Counted from the stretch's first letter, positions 1 to 14,286 are shown. The stretch is DNA of 64,000 nucleotides from Marsupella aquatica (GCA_973895155.1 OZ316894.1:929968-993967); one strand, 5' to 3'. Notes: generated by a model from the letters alone, not told the origin. Numbers and translations: made by a program.

Positions 1-1902
1 TATCGTCCTGTGTCGTGTCTTTCTTTCTGGCCCTTCCCATTTCGATTCTCATTGCAATTTACTACGCCGACCTACAGTAATAGCTAGGCTCTGAAATGTC
101 TTCACAGATTAAGTCGCCCCCTATTTTCCGCAGAACAAACCCAAATCTGTGTTCTCTGTGCTTAACTCATTTACTTCGGCCTCCAATCGGTTGTACCAAT
201 ACCTCTTGGTCATCCCCGCTCACTATAACTAAGCTGATAAAGATCCTTTCTATGAATGCCTCAATTCCATCGGCTGGACTTGAAGCCCTTGAAGCCCTTG
301 AAGCATCGTTGCAGCACAACATGGGTTGGACTCTTAAATTGCCGTCATTCTCTGGTTGAGGAATTTAAATCTAATTCAGTGGTACTGTTTGTCAACCAAT
401 TGAAGCTCACAATGGATGATCGGTCCAAGCATCATAGTGTCGGATTTAGAAAAAACCGCCTGAACAAAACGACGATGGTTAACCACTGGTACAATGTCGA
501 CCCGAACGATTCAATTCCGGCCATGCGGAAGTCCTACAGAGTCGAAATCCCAACTCAAGAATTACAAAAGTGGCATAGTTTTACCCTCAGATATCAGTTT
601 CACGAGATGAGTGACAAACTTTGAGCACTGTTTGACGCCTAGTTGTGCACCGTAGCAGTTTGGGACACATTTGAAGTGTAGTTTGGGACACGTTTGAAGT
701 GTACATACTGGACTACAAATGAAAAACTCATCGCGCACTCCACGCCCATAACGCTTTGACTGGGGAATTGGCTAGCCTTGTTAAGGAACCTTGGAACCGC
801 GACGACGACGGGTAGCAGCAACCAGTGCACATCTCAATCAAATGACTGGGAGGAGAAAGCTTTGACAGTTGTAGAGGATACCGATGGTTCCTTGCTCACA
901 CGTATCGTCTGCAAAAAATGGCCGCCTGTATCATTGTAATCTAAGAATCTGACCGGATGCGGTCTCCACATTTGATTCGGACCGTTCCCTTGTAATCGCC
1001 TATCGCCTATTCCTGCTTTCATGCGTTTCATGTTATGGGATTTTGTATGTTAATGTATTTTCTTAGAGATAAAAAGTATAGCCTTTGACCCAATTCTGAA
1101 AGTCGCTCCACCCAATGCAGCGATTGCCTCGCTCATGAGGTGTTTCTGTAATTCAATTGCACCTTGCTCTGGCATTTTTTGGCATTCTGACGGCAGCGTA
1201 TCCAGTAACTAGGTGCAAGCAGACCATGGTTATCCTCGATTCCAGGCCCTTCTGTGGCGTCCTCTTGGTAGAATTTGACGTCTATTCACCCGGGAACAGT
1301 TCTCACTGTACTTTTTCCGTGACCGAACTCTGTTTGCGTTTGGTTGTACTAAACGTACGAGCAATTGACTTGTTGCGTGAACCCTCGGGTCTCCTCACTT
1401 TCAATTGGATGCAACTAAGATTTTGGACACCGCCTGACCACATCGCAACATCGCAACATCGCATCAGTGCCCTTTCAGGAGAACTTCACGTCTCTTCACC
1501 ACAGCAGGCGACTCTCCCTCTAGCCTCGCTTGGAGTCATTCGATTTTCAAATTGCGGTTTTCTTTTCTTCAGAACTAGAATCTCGGACATTTGCTTAACC
1601 TTCAGACCTCTGTTGGGAGATCACATCCATTAGAGAAAGCGATAATTCCAGAGAATAAAATGAGTAGTAATTCATGGAAGCGAAGAATACTAAAAACTGT
1701 TTTCGATTAAAACCCTTCTCTTCAAACAAGGGTCTGTTACAGAGACCATGATCTGTCGCCTGACCAATTTACAACAGTTACATATATGAAAGCACTACTA
1801 GTAAGATCATGACGTCTGAATTGAAAGTCTTAGAGCCTTCATAAAAATATTGGGATGGCAAAATACCAGTGAAAATGATGGAAAAACTACGAATGAAAAG
1901 AA

Positions 1903-3210
1903 CTAAACGACCCAAAACCAGCCTACAACTGAGCCAACAGCCAATCCGAAAACGAGCGAAATTGTCATCACGATCCCTGCTGTCTCTGCCTCAGCTAATG
2001 GGACTGACTTAGGCGAAACAATGAATAGGCAGGAAGTCAAATAACCATTGGTGACGCCTAACAATGAGGTGAGAAGAAAAACAGGTGCTTCCGTCCTAAA
2101 TATTTGTGGCCCATGAAGACAAGCGGCGAATAAAGGAAGCAACAGGACCCTCCCAATTGAGCCTCCAATCATCACGGATGTGTTGTTTGGAATGTACACT
2201 GTCGTCAGTATCTTACCCACCAAGTCGAACACGTTGTAGCTTGCCATGAGTATCACAGGATACCAGTCACCTAGCGAAGCTGAGTGTACATCCTCTGATA
2301 TGAACCCAGGAAAAATTGATAAAGTGACAACGTAAATGAGGGCGAGAGATCCAGCGAGCCATTTCACCTGGCCTATTACATGCTTGTAGCTGCCCCTGTT
2401 TTGCAAAGGTATCCCAACTCCAGAGCCTGGAAATCCCAGAATGTCAGATGCCTTTGCGTCATCCTCCAAATCTTGTCGTGAGGTAAGTGGCTCCGTCTCG
2501 CCATTCGTGACATTGAGTCTTTGATTTGTTTCCTTCTGATAGTAGACAATGACTGGCAACTTGTGCACCAAATTGAAAGCCGCGAGGCAGAAAGCTACGA
2601 AGGCAGCACTGACGCCGAAGTAGACATTTGCGCTTACTCTAAGTCCCCATGGAGTCTGTGGCAGAGCTGCTTTTGTTACGATTCTTAACCCAGAAACAAG
2701 AACTCCAGAGGCAGCTGTGCCAGACACAAGAGCCTGCATGTATCGCACTGGAAGTTGACCTGCTGATCCAACAAGACTCCCCTGCACGAGGGAATCTGCA
2801 ATCCCTATGATGACCAATGCCCCCACCGTGACATAGTATGTTCCAGCAGATCCCTTCGAATCTTCCTCGATGACTATAGAATCCAGAGAGGGTACAAGAG
2901 CTATGCAGAATAGATACAACAGAAGCCCGCTATTTATGCGAACCCAGGAGCTGTAACGCTGACCGTAAAAAGTCAAGAAGCCCAGGCCGATGAAGCAAGG
3001 GAAGATGTAACTTATGCTGAAAACTCGATCAATGTGTGTATTTGGGTAAAGGTAATCGAAGTAGTCTACAGCAGAGATATAAGAGTTCCATGGGAGTAAG
3101 AGCCCTGCTCCCAGAGAAAAATAGATGATATAGGCCAAATTAAATACATCCTGTGGAGGAGCGTTGCTATCAACAGTTGAAGCAGCACGTTCGTTAGAGA
3201 TCCATCCCAT
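1903..3210 (-). CDS. ENT1: Equilibrative nucleoside transporter, ENT1-like, intronless, 435 aa
   Basis: Single ORF with multiple hydrophobic helices. ENT family motifs include LGAGLLLPWNSYISAVDYF, GSLVGSAGQLP-RYMQAL-SGTAASG, IYVVTLSIFPG, YNVFDLVGK and LGVTNGYLTS. Confidence 0.95.
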   Translation of the reverse strand: MGWISNERAASTVDSNAPPQDVFNLAYIIYFSLGAGLLLPWNSYISAVDYFDYLYPNTHIDRVFSISYIFPCFIGLGFLTFYGQRYSSWVRINSGLLLYLFCIALVPSLDSIVIEEDSKGSAGTYYVTVGALVIIGIADSLVQGSLVGSAGQLPVRYMQALVSGTAASGVLVSGLRIVTKAALPQTPWGLRVSANVYFGVSAAFVAFCLAAFNLVHKLPVIVYYQKETNQRLNVTNGETEPLTSRQDLEDDAKASDILGFPGSGVGIPLQNRGSYKHVIGQVKWLAGSLALIYVVTLSIFPGFISEDVHSASLGDWYPVILMASYNVFDLVGKILTTVYIPNNTSVMIGGSIGRVLLLPLFAACLHGPQIFRTEAPVFLLTSLLGVTNGYLTSCLFIVSPKSVPLAEAETAGIVMTISLVFGLAVGSVVGWFWVV

Positions 3211-6200
3211 TGTTCGGGAAAATCGGTGAGACCCTTATAAAAAAGTGTCGTCTTCGACCCAACTCCTGATGAAATCCTCGAATTCGCGAACAGGGGACCA
3301 ATTCTTTTACAGTGCACTGACTGACCACCCCGGGAATCGAAAGGCACCGAATAAATCCTCCAGTCACGGCTCGCAACTCGATCGATCGCAATCTAGCGAG
3401 CACCCGCCTTCTCAAGAAACATGCTATCGCATCAATTAGACAACAAAGCTCGCACGACGCTGATCAAGAAGCCCTCTTCCTTCGTGCATTGTACACGCTT
3501 CTGATAAGAATCCCTTGATTCCACACTTTGAACCTAGAAATGATCGATCAGCCACCCCCAACTTTGACGAAGGGGCAGCGTTTCTTGCTCTAGGCCACCG
3601 ATCGCTATGCACAGAAGATCCTTTACGCTCGCGATGGTTTCAACCTTCGACAAGAGAATGTTCCCATCGATCCCAAGAACTGGGATCACTTCGACTCCAT
3701 GCCCTTTCGTGCCTCAAAATCCTACAGTACTGTAGTGAGGCCAGGGAGTGCAGGAATAATATAATTCACACTTCTCCTCTTGCCCTGCACGCATCCAACA
3801 AACAAACTGTAGCGTGCATCAATATTTTGTAGGGTAATGATTGTTTGGTCTGGGTTACTAGCCTAACCTGTGACCATAAAGTGAGTAAATGCAATCACCA
3901 CAAAGTAAGGAAATTGCCTGTAACACTATGACCAGAAAGTGAGTAAATGCCAGCAAGTGGGCAGCTAGGAATCTTTTCTGAGCTTTGGGGGTTTCAGAAT
4001 AGAATTTCCACATTACCAGGTAAGACTTTCCGGACACAAGGTTATGGAAAAGAAGCACCTAGTAGAAAAGGTTACACTGGTAACCTTTCTTCCTGACAAG
4101 AATTACTTGCTGTCACATAGTGTGAGGTATATTTTAGACCATATATGGTTGACCTGTGTCGGCAGGGAGACCACATACAGGAGGTAATCTATATCATGAT
4201 GGATCTGACTGTGGCAGAAAAACAATTTTTTGATGAAGGGCTAGGATTGGTTCCCGCTTTTCCCTGATTTTATAAATGGACGATAGACATTTTTATCATA
4301 TAGGGAATTATAGTAATAGATATCCTTGCAAGATCACATTATGATCATCATAATGTGATCTTAATAGTGACACAATATTACCTTATTAAGTTCTGTCAAA
4401 GAGAAGTGTTGTAAAAATAAGTAAAGTGGCCAGGTAATTGGATGCTATGGAGAGTTGGCAAATTGACCTAGCAAAACGAGTGTGAACTGTGGGAAGAGTG
4501 AGACTCTAGAAGTCCATCTCATAGTTATAAGAAATGTCCCAATAGTCAGACATTTAGGAACAAGACAGTGAGAAGGGTCGAAGGCCGTGAGGCCTCCCAG
4601 CTTGCACCCTGCCCGCTGATGGTGGTATTCATGGTGGTGGAGACTTGTGGAGCCAGCCATACGGGAAGTGGTGGCTTCAGCTTTTTATTGGCTTCTTCCT
4701 GAGGAAAAGATGCTGATGACCGTGTCATAGAAGAAGCCTTCATAACCCTCGGCTGTGCTCCGAGTGGGTACGAGTTTGTTCCCTTGCTTCCTTGCAGATT
4801 GAATCAGCAACATAACGCGAGCACGACCACTACAAAGAAAAAAGCTCCCGGACTTCTCCTTGTCTACCCCTCCTTCTTACTTTTCACCACTGCTTACCCA
4901 TTTCTTTCCCTTGCTGACAGACGGACGGACGTCAATTTCATCTCCTAGAGCCCTCACTATGCTCGGGAATAGAATATCTAGGAGTTTTTCACTCTTGCGA
5001 TCATCCCATTTTATCGGTGCGAATCATACAGCTCCCAACTGATACTGAAAGGTGAGAGGATTAAGCACAATCTCAAAGTTCGATCTTACACAGATTTGTT
5101 CACAGTACTCCCACAATCTACACAGCTAAGATTTCTTCTCCCAGGAGTTAGGAAGACGTCCTCTGAGCTGCATGGACAGAAGTCGTCCACTGTCCCTACT
5201 TCCCGTGATTGCTGAATTTGGTTGCGGTATGTGTCTTCATACAGATTTGAAGGACAGGAGGTCATCATCGGACCAGTAGTTCAAATGTAAGGCCCTAAAG
5301 CCAGGACCCAAAAAAATGGTAGCCTCCATTGTCGAAAAGGACTCAGATTCCCCGCTGGATCTAGGCAGAGAAAACACAGGGAAAGACAGCAAGAGGTTCA
5401 CCAGCGCTCCTGTTGACGACCTTAATCGGACTGAACGGAAAGTTTATTCAGGTCAAGAAAGAACCCAACTCGGGAGCCTAACCACAAAGTTTTCAGGATT
5501 GAAGTCGGCAAATACCCCATCATCAACTTTGGGCGGCTTTGTAGAGCTCATCTACTGGTAAATTTGAACGGTCCGCTGTGGCCAAAAAAACTAAGTGCAG
5601 CGCCCACTTTCGCAAATAAGAGTGCTGTTCCCGAATGTCTACAGGTTCCATTCGTCCGATCTACTGGGGCCATGGCCTTCGTTGTCGGCGTGTTGCAGTG
5701 ACAACTCTATATCAGATCATCGGTTCTGATGAGCAAGCTTTGGCTCATGTCAGAAGAGTACTTCACAGATCAGTACATGAGTGAAAACACATTCATAGTT
5801 GCGTTAAGAAAATCGTGAACAATTTCTTTTATTGACATTTCTCACCGAGGATATGCATGAAACCCAGTGGGGAGCTGGTTGAACAGAAATGTATGGTAAC
5901 ATGTATCACTCAGTACAAATAAAATGTACTTACACTATGCTCAACATCTACCCAACTGTGCTTCGTTTGGTAGAAGGTATGCACAGCTCGTAGAATAGTA
6001 ATGACGGTAACTTCGGTCGGTGCCTAGATTTCCAAGATTTGGATGCGATTGCAGAGGCACGAGACGAATGAGTAGCATCTCCTTACAGTAAAAACACCTC
6101 AGGAACCTTAAGCAGGCTCTGGTCTAGAATTGAGGATTTTCTCAAAAATGGAACCTTGACTAGCTGGTCTGTGTAAGGTATTCTCCTCTAGTGTCATATC

Positions 6201-6752
6201 GAATTTAGGCACCACTCATTGAGGTTCTGAGCAGCACAGCACAAAACACTACACTATAAAAAGTTCATATACAAATGTTGATAAGGCCTTCCCATTCTAA
6301 GGAGATAAAAATGTAGTACATATGATCTGCGGGACTAGGAAGCAGTAGGTACATGGCGTCCCCGAAATAGCACAGCTTCGGCAATAGTGACGTGTGGAGC
6401 GATGACGAGCCTTGTGCCCATATATAGAGGGAAATGGTTAGGTGCAGGAGTATTCGAGGATGTTGCAAGACTGTGCGCCTTGGTGGCATCACTGGTTTCT
6501 GAAGAGACGTGTTGTGTCACGTTACCTTGTCTAATCATCCTACAAAAGGCTAAGTAAAGTGGTTCAGAACACTCTGATTTGGTTGTCAAACATGATCTAT
6601 ACCATGTTGCCTCCTCCAAAGAGATTCCTGCGCATTTTCAGAACTACCAGGGTCAGCTTGATGTAGCTTTAAAATTGCGCATTGTACAGACGTTAAATGC
6701 CTATGGAAGGGGCCAACCGAACTGGGATTCTAGAGCATGTAAGGACACTTGG

Positions 6753-9700
6753 TCAAAGATCAGGGGCATGTGTTTCGGCAAACCTTTGATTGCATAATTC
6801 AGGCACAGGCAACTTTGCGAGAGCCTGTTCAAGGCGCGTTTCAAAGGGAGTAGTGTGCCAGTTGACAAGTTGATCCTGTAGAAAGGTAATTTCCAAATGA
6901 TCAGGAGCTTTGCAAGTCATATTGACGTCCGTTGTGATAGCTCGCTTCATGTCATTTGACTCTCTACCGTATCAATAAATTACCTACAATACATAAGCCT
7001 CGTGACAGAACCTGCAGGAACCGGGATAGATAAATTTGGCTGGGACACGAGTAGCAACGACCATCAACTCCAATTATTTGGGAAGAAGACTCGAGAGGCT
7101 AACGCGAATCAGCAAGATGTTTGTGACTAAAAAATTGACCATAAATACAATTTCTATACTAGAACCTTTCAATGAAATCGTGGAAGCCGCTGCGACGCAT
7201 CTTCAGTACGACTGATACTTGTAAACCTTATGATTCAGAAACGAAGGTTTTTTTTTAAACAAGCATTCTCCGTTCAGGCTCACCTCCTTAAATTTTGACG
7301 TGGAATTGGGGATCCCAAGTCCATCCCACCCTCGCAGAGACTTGGGGTCGCTGTTCTCACCACCCCAGTGAGTTGCCACTGTTCCCAAGATTGGTCGGTC
7401 GTCAGGACTTATGTCCAAAATTCTCCGTCCTGGAACCTCTTCACGGGCAGTCCCTAATCTTGAAACCATGATCTTCCTTGGCTCAAAGTTTGTTTCCGCA
7501 AGGTAGTTGTAATCCGAGGGCTCCGGATTACTTTCAGAAAGAGTTGGGGATTCACAGTCATGGAAGATTTCATCTCGATCTCTGCTTGTTGCACTGCTCA
7601 CCTCTGAATCTCCACCAATACTAGGAGATTCAAACGGATCCCCAACGAACGCAGAGAAGCCCCTCTGCTTTGGAATTTGGATACTATACCCTAATGACTG
7701 GAAATGAGAAAGGACATCCTGCCTGAAGTCACTATCCAGGATGAGTTTCTTTTGCTTCTCAGCCGCTTGTTGAGTATTTTGCTTGTGACAAAACTGTACC
7801 TGCTGACCAGAAGAAACTTGACGATCTAAAGTTACTGTACACTCACTATCTACACGTTCAACATTCTGGTGCTCCTCTGTCTCAACCAGCAATGCAGCTG
7901 CGCTGACAGATTGCGATGAGAAACTGGCAAGATTGTCCTGCTTTCCAGGATATGAGAGCTCATCCACCACATTTTCCGTCTCGTTCTGGAGATGATCTTG
8001 ACCCTTCTCTTGGACCAAGTTTTCCATTGACTCCGAATTGTCAAGGGTCAGCCCCTGTTCATCTGGGTAGACGAATCCGTGCAAGGACAACCTTAATCTC
8101 TCTTCTTCCTGATAGTAGCTTTGTTGATTGTGGGTTTCCTCTTGCCAGGCTGCAAACTCCAAGGTTGGGAGATCATCGTTTGGTTCCTGGAGACAAGAAC
8201 CAAGCTCTAGGTCTTTAGCGAGCTTGTGCATTGGAGTTTGCTCCTCTTCGTTGTCATTTAACCCTCCACCAGTAACAGAATGGCAGCTCAAATTTGATGT
8301 TTCGTTCCTGACACCCAGTTGCGCTGGTAGCATCTCATCGGGTTCCAGAATAGGAGTATCTTGACGCTGAATTTCCCTGTTATCCTCAGAACTAGTGGGG
8401 ATACCCAGACACTCAATCCACTTTGGAAGATTTTCAATTGATGCCAACACAGGGTGGTCAAATACCTGCGAAGTTGTAACGTCGTTGGCAATAAGTAACT
8501 TCTTAGGACTCGGTGTCGCTTCTTTCAGGCTCCCTGCCATGATCACCTGCCCCAAACTAACTGGGAGAATTTCGATCCCATCGTTATTTTCCTTTCCAAG
8601 CCCTGGAGAATCTCCGTTGATATTAGGGACATGGAGGATTTCAGTCACATCTTCATTACCTTGTGTGGACTTATTAGACACACAAGAGTCTGAAGACGAA
8701 AGAAATTCTTCTAGATTGAGCCCCATGTCCTTAAAGTATCTATCCCTTGCATACTCCACCATCAAAACCTTCTCCTTTGAAAACTTGGTGCTTGAGGAAT
8801 TTTGCTTTGGTGAAAACGCTGGCGATTGGCACTGGATGGGTACAAAATCATCAAGGTCGGCCTCCTCACTGGAAGCCCAATCCGCGACCGATCCTGAATC
8901 TACATGTAAGGCAGTTGAGCGTTCGTCTTGAACGCCTTCACCGGGTCTGCTAACATCTTCCCATGGATTGTAGCTGTGATGAAGTCTTCGGGGTGATAAA
9001 GTGAAAAGATCGTCATCAGGTCCTTCACTGATACCATCCACATGCTCATGGAATTCGTCCTGTTGTTCCCACTCACTTCCAGATAAAATTGTTCCCACTG
9101 AAGATTTGAGGCCACTGATGAGGGAACTATCAGCACTACCAGAAATATGCAGCTGAGAAACACTTTTACTGTCGAGATCGTCTACAGAAGAGAGTCCACT
9201 GTCCACTTCTTGTACTGGGGATAGAGGCTGCCACAACCTCCCAGACTTACAGGCAAAAAATGGCGTCATGACAGGAGTCGAAGGACTAGCAACGTTACCA
9301 GTAGTAACGCTTGCTTGGCTTCCCAAAGCAGGTTCGGGTTCTGAGCGAAGTACATCCACTGATACAAGCGAAACTTCCTGCTCTGAATCTTGAAAGACAC
9401 CTGGTTGCGGACCGTTGCTAAGTCGAGGAGGTGAATTTTCAGGTGTGAATTTCGGTTGCACTATTTCTTTCGTTGGGCTCTTAAGCAGTTTCTCCTCAAG
9501 CTCGTGATAACGCAGATCTATGAAGCGTCGTGTTTGGACATGCTCAGAAGGATCTGACGTCGGGCTATCTGTACTAACCCTGGGTAGCGAAGAGGACCTG
9601 GTCGGGGACTCAAACTTCGCGGCAGCTGGGCCTGGAGTCATGTCTTCATTCTCAGAACTAGATGACGACTTTGGTATTTGATCCGGACAAGATGAGATCC

Positions 9701-12700
9701 TCTTAAGCCGGGGCACATCCCTTCGAGGTGGGTCTGCTAAATACACACGCCGGGCACTAACCGCATCGTCACTTGGGAATTGATGGAAAGAAAAGTTTGG
9801 CATCTCACTTGATATGGATCGTGGTGGGCGTTTCAGCTCCACCGTCTTACTCGTACAAGAATCTTCTCTACAAGAAAAATTGCCGGGCTCCTGTCTTTTG
9901 GATGGCAATTGACGATCAGAGTAAGCTGTCTCGTCGTCATCATGATTGGCGATTGCTTCTCCTCCACGTTTAGGCATTCTATAACCGGAAGTGTCGCAAC
10001 GAGAATCTTCATCAGACGTACAGGATGAGTTCAGAAGCTCGCTTTCGCTCCGATAGTCTTGGTGAAAATCTCTCTGGGACTGCCAAAGCTTTGTCGCTAC
10101 AATGAGAGCTTTCTGACCATTTGTGAGGCCCCTACCAGGCACCTTGGACAGCTCATCGGCAGCCATGGATCTGCGTAGAACAGCACCACTCATAAAACGC
10201 TTCATCACAGTGCGAATGTGGGGAAAGAGGAAACCATCAACAGTTTTACAAATTAGGAAGGACAACTCCTTCCTCCACTGCGACAGGATACTCCTTGCGA
10301 GCTCCAAATGTATTCCAAACTTCAAAATCAGTAGTCTCAAAATGTAAGCGACATGAGCAATACGCCGAATTGCATCTATCTGAAGCCAGTATAGGGGACT
10401 CAAAATATGCCGAAATGATTCGCGGATCCAAGAAGTAAACTCACCGGAGATGCTCCTCCAGCCTGAACCTGCTCTTAGGTGAGAGACTGAGACCCAGCCA
10501 GGACTGCCAATTCCGCTGGGTTCTATCATCCTTTGGTAGCAAACTCTCCTTTTCGAGACTGAGACTAAGTCTGTGCCGATCAGGAGATTGAAGAACACCA
10601 CATGACCGGAGATAGGACACCTGGACACACCACCGAAAGCAGGAGAGTAAAGCTTGGACGCATCATGACGGTAAGTGCAAGGGCTTCGTTAAGCAAGACA
10701 TCCAGAATGGTGAGCCGCTACGGGTAAAATCTCCACAGCGCAAATCCAGAATCTATACAACGACTTTCAAAACCAAGGATGCCAAAGCTAACTCCGCCGC
10801 AGCGCTTACGTAGTATGGAACTGTTCAATCGGATAAACGATTAATAACATGTAGGAATGTCCAGCAATTCCCTGCAGTCCAGACACGTTGAACTCTAGTG
10901 ATCAACAAATCGATATCAAACGAAGATAACATCCTTGGTCGGCCTGAAGTTAAGGATTGTAACTACCTCATTTCTTAGCTTTCGGGCTTCTTCCTCTTCT
11001 TCTGCTAGCCGTTTTCGGAGCACCACAACTTCCTCTTGAAGCTGATCGAAGCGACCCATGCTACGTCCCTCCACACCCCTGCCAAAGAGCCTGTTTCCTC
11101 CATTTTCGAAAGCAGTGTGATTTCCATAAGATTTTGCTCGCCTCACCGATTTACGCTTGAATAGTTTGATACCATGGGGAGTGCCGGAAACAGCCTGCTT
11201 GGGCTGGAAAAGTTCTTCATAAGCACTTGCTGTACGTGCACAATTGCAAATACCCGGTCAGTTTCAATCGGAAGCCCAGTATACTTGACGTTCGCTTGCG
11301 AAATAAACAAAATGCGTGAAAGAAGCCCAGCAAACTTGACGTTCGCTTGCGAAATAAACAAAATGCGTGAAGGTGACATTCACCTATGGGGTCAACTCAT
11401 GGACATCCTGCAATTCAGTTCACGTATAGATGTGCAAAACATCGTATGTATCTGTTCTAAACATGTACCTTCCTTAGCCGATCTCAAATGGGCGCCAAGG
11501 CTTTGCACACTGGGAGAAGGAGGCGCCTGATTAATGGGTTTTTCCTGTTACGGCAAATGGAGTGTGTTAGACGAGTATTCTGAAGTAACAATTGAGCAGG
11601 GATCGAGAAGAGAGTCACAACTACTCCCTCTGAGTCAGGACGACATCGATGGAAGGCAAGGCGATGATTCGATGCAATGGCCCAAGCAGCAGATCAGCTC
11701 TGCGACTGCTCTATAATTCAAGGTACTGCTTCCATCTACACACGTCATCCTCGCCAAAGCTCGGTTCATTCCGTGACTAGGTGAGACCCTCCATCTTTGC
11801 TCATCAGGCATTTACAGACGTTGTCACAAGCTATCTGCAAGTAAGAACTTCAATACGAAGCAGAAGGAGAGACGGATCTGACGTAGTTGAGGCCACGTAG
11901 GTCCTCCAAAGCGTAGTGATACGCATACCGTGCAAAGGAAGGAAGTTTCGGGTACCTCCGATCTTCCATCTAATCATTGGAAGGGTGCAGCCTCGGGATT
12001 CCTCTAAAGCCAAGTCCTCGAAGGAGAATAGGCAAATCGAAAAGTCCCCTACGAGACTTGGTAACAGAGCAGTCCCAAGAGGCTCTGCTGTACTGTTCTT
12101 GGTAAGGCAATGAATGCACAGAGCGGGCGCAAATGCAACTAATACTTGCGTCTAAAGGTCGCTACGCTACACAGTGCTCATACTACTCCCTGAGTTTCAA
12201 GATTTTAGAGCAAATATGGTTCCTTCAGATTCATATAGTGATGCGAAAGTGATTTAAGTCTTACGATCATTTCCGAACAATACCCCGTGAGCCTAAGTTG
12301 AGTGCGTATTGATATGTCCCCAATGCCGTACAATGCTCCTCACAGCAGAACGGCGACCTGAAGGAGAGCTGGGTATGAAATGAGGGAATGTGCGGGGAGA
12401 AGTAGACCCATCACTTTTCCCCTATGGAAAGCGATTCCCGAGTGGGAAAGAACAATTTTGTACTCGCAAAGCTACAGCAGGACAAACTGTGACACGAAAA
12501 GTAGCACTTTTGCCAAAATGGCTACGTTATATCAGGATCGTAGGGTCCTCAATGAGAAGCCACACACAAGTGAGTCGAAAGAAATATTGGAGACGACGAC
12601 GCATTGAAGATCATGGGGAACTCTAAACTAATCACACAATCTAAGGAAAGTCAAGAGCAACGAAGAAATCGAAGATAAAGACCTCAGGGAAAATATCACG

Positions 12701-12994
12701 TCTGCGAGGATTCTCATCACTGCGAGTGACAATGCTGAGCATCACCTCCATAGGAACTTGAACGAGAAGGGATTCACAATCGGACTCGTGACCTAGCTTC
12801 ACACCAACACAGGTAAGCTATGGATATTGAATGTGACCGAGGCTAGGGAAGGCTGAACTGCCTGACATGTTAGGACATTGACAATCCCAGCCGACCGGGA
12901 AGCTTACTTCGTTCCTTTGAAGTACTCGCCCATCGCTTAGCACACGATGTAAGCGCTCCTTCTTTCCCCCGAAGCAGGTCCATATCCACCCCAT
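6753..12994 (-). CDS. JASON-family (JAS-like) protein, multi-exon, mostly disordered and Ser/acidic-rich, roughly 1,100-1,250 aa depending on exon model
   Basis: The conserved JASON C-terminus is split by a phase-0 GT-AG intron (7283..6876): DDRPILGTVATHW...WDGLGIPNSTSKFKE|DQLVNWHTTPFETRLEQAL. First exon MGWIWTCFG... spans 12994-12908 with donor GTAAGC. A coiled-coil exon ends ...EEEARKLRNE with donor GTAGTT at 10966. The large exon runs from about 10379 (or 10112) to 7284. Internal acceptors are uncertain. Confidence 0.85.
11273..11372. repeat. Two-copy tandem duplication of about 60 bp in a JASON intron
   Basis: AGCCCAG...ACTTGACGTTCGCTTGCGAAATAAACAAAATGCGTGAA occurs twice in succession. 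Confidence 0.9.
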
Positions 12995-14132
12995 TGCTCG
13001 TACACCATTGTCTTCGCTCACTTCCTCAGATGAAGTGGGCGATCATATGTCACTGGAGCCGTCCCCATAAACCCAGATTGCCCCAGCTGAAAGAACCTTG
13101 GCCAAAAGGGCAAAACAAAGTCTATTTTCGTGGAGTAGGCCACAAACCGCACCTGAGATCAACATGCCCATACGTAGCATTATTTCGATTAATTCCAACG
13201 GCAAGTGCGGTAAGGACCAACAAGTACGGAGAAAAAGTACAATGACTACTTGCCGACCGGTAAGGCTAGAGAGCTAACCTGTCGGCGTTTTCATTTGTGA
13301 TGAGCCAAAAGGCTGCTTCAATCAGAACTGTACTGAAAAAGATGAAGCACCTGACGACACGGGGGCAAGATAACCATACCTATTATCAATCTATCAAGTA
13401 GACCACGTGCTGTTATAATAAGTAGTCACTTCCATTACTCAAAATGAACACCAGAAAGCAGTCCGCGGTTCTCCTGCTTTCGTCCCCTCCGCATTGATGA
13501 AACATGTCAAATCCACCACGTCCAGCACAACGTATCCCCTGCCCAGACGCAGATCGATCTCCGAGCTGCATTCAAGAAGCAAGCACCTTCACTTTCATGC
13601 CCCGACACACATTCATGGCGATGACCGCATTGCAGCTACCCTCAAACATCTCGAATTTCATACCCGCTGATCACCACCGCTCACACGCATTCTTCAATTT
13701 GTATCGATCGTAACCTGTCGACATTCTATAAATTACACAAACATTTCCACCCCGTTCACGCCCACCAACATGTTAAACGTCCTAGCCGATATATGAATCA
13801 GCTACAACGTCCTTCCCTTCATTAATCACCCACAGCTCGCTCCAGTAACGCAGGGATCGACGACCCGAAAGGAAGCACATCCAGCGAAATCGCAGTCACG
13901 AAAAGCAGAACAGCCGTTCGCAAGTCCACTAAACCACCGAACCGAATAATTCCTCACTTCGATGCGTCCGTGCCAATCACGCCCGGACAGGCACCCATCG
14001 TTTTCCGTGCACGAGAATTGCTGTCATTGCCCGCTGACTACATGGATCAACTCATCAACATCAACTCATCAACGACTGACTGCCCAAATTGACTGCCCAA
14101 ATTGTTGTTTTCAATCGGATGACGATGCTGCG

Positions 14133-14286
14133 GCAGAGCTACAGAAGATCCGCAAGGCGCAACATGTTTTGAAGGAAGCGGGCAGAGCTACAGACGAGCC
14201 GCAAGGCGCAACATGTTTGAAGGAAGCGAGCAGTCGAGCAGAGCTACAGAAGAGCCGCAAGTGAGCAACATGTTTGAAGGAAGCGG
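14133..14286. repeat. Three-copy minisatellite of about 50-55 bp
   Basis: GCAGAGCTACAGA(A/C)GA(T/G)CCGCAAG...CAACATGTTTGAAGGAAGCG occurs three times. It is followed by a GC-rich CCCGT tract and (GAGCC)n at about 14611-14639. Confidence 0.85.

Noticed and set aside
4546-4743. 65-aa minus-strand ORF as a small peptide gene
   Set aside because: No signal peptide or known peptide motif is present, so it cannot be distinguished from chance.
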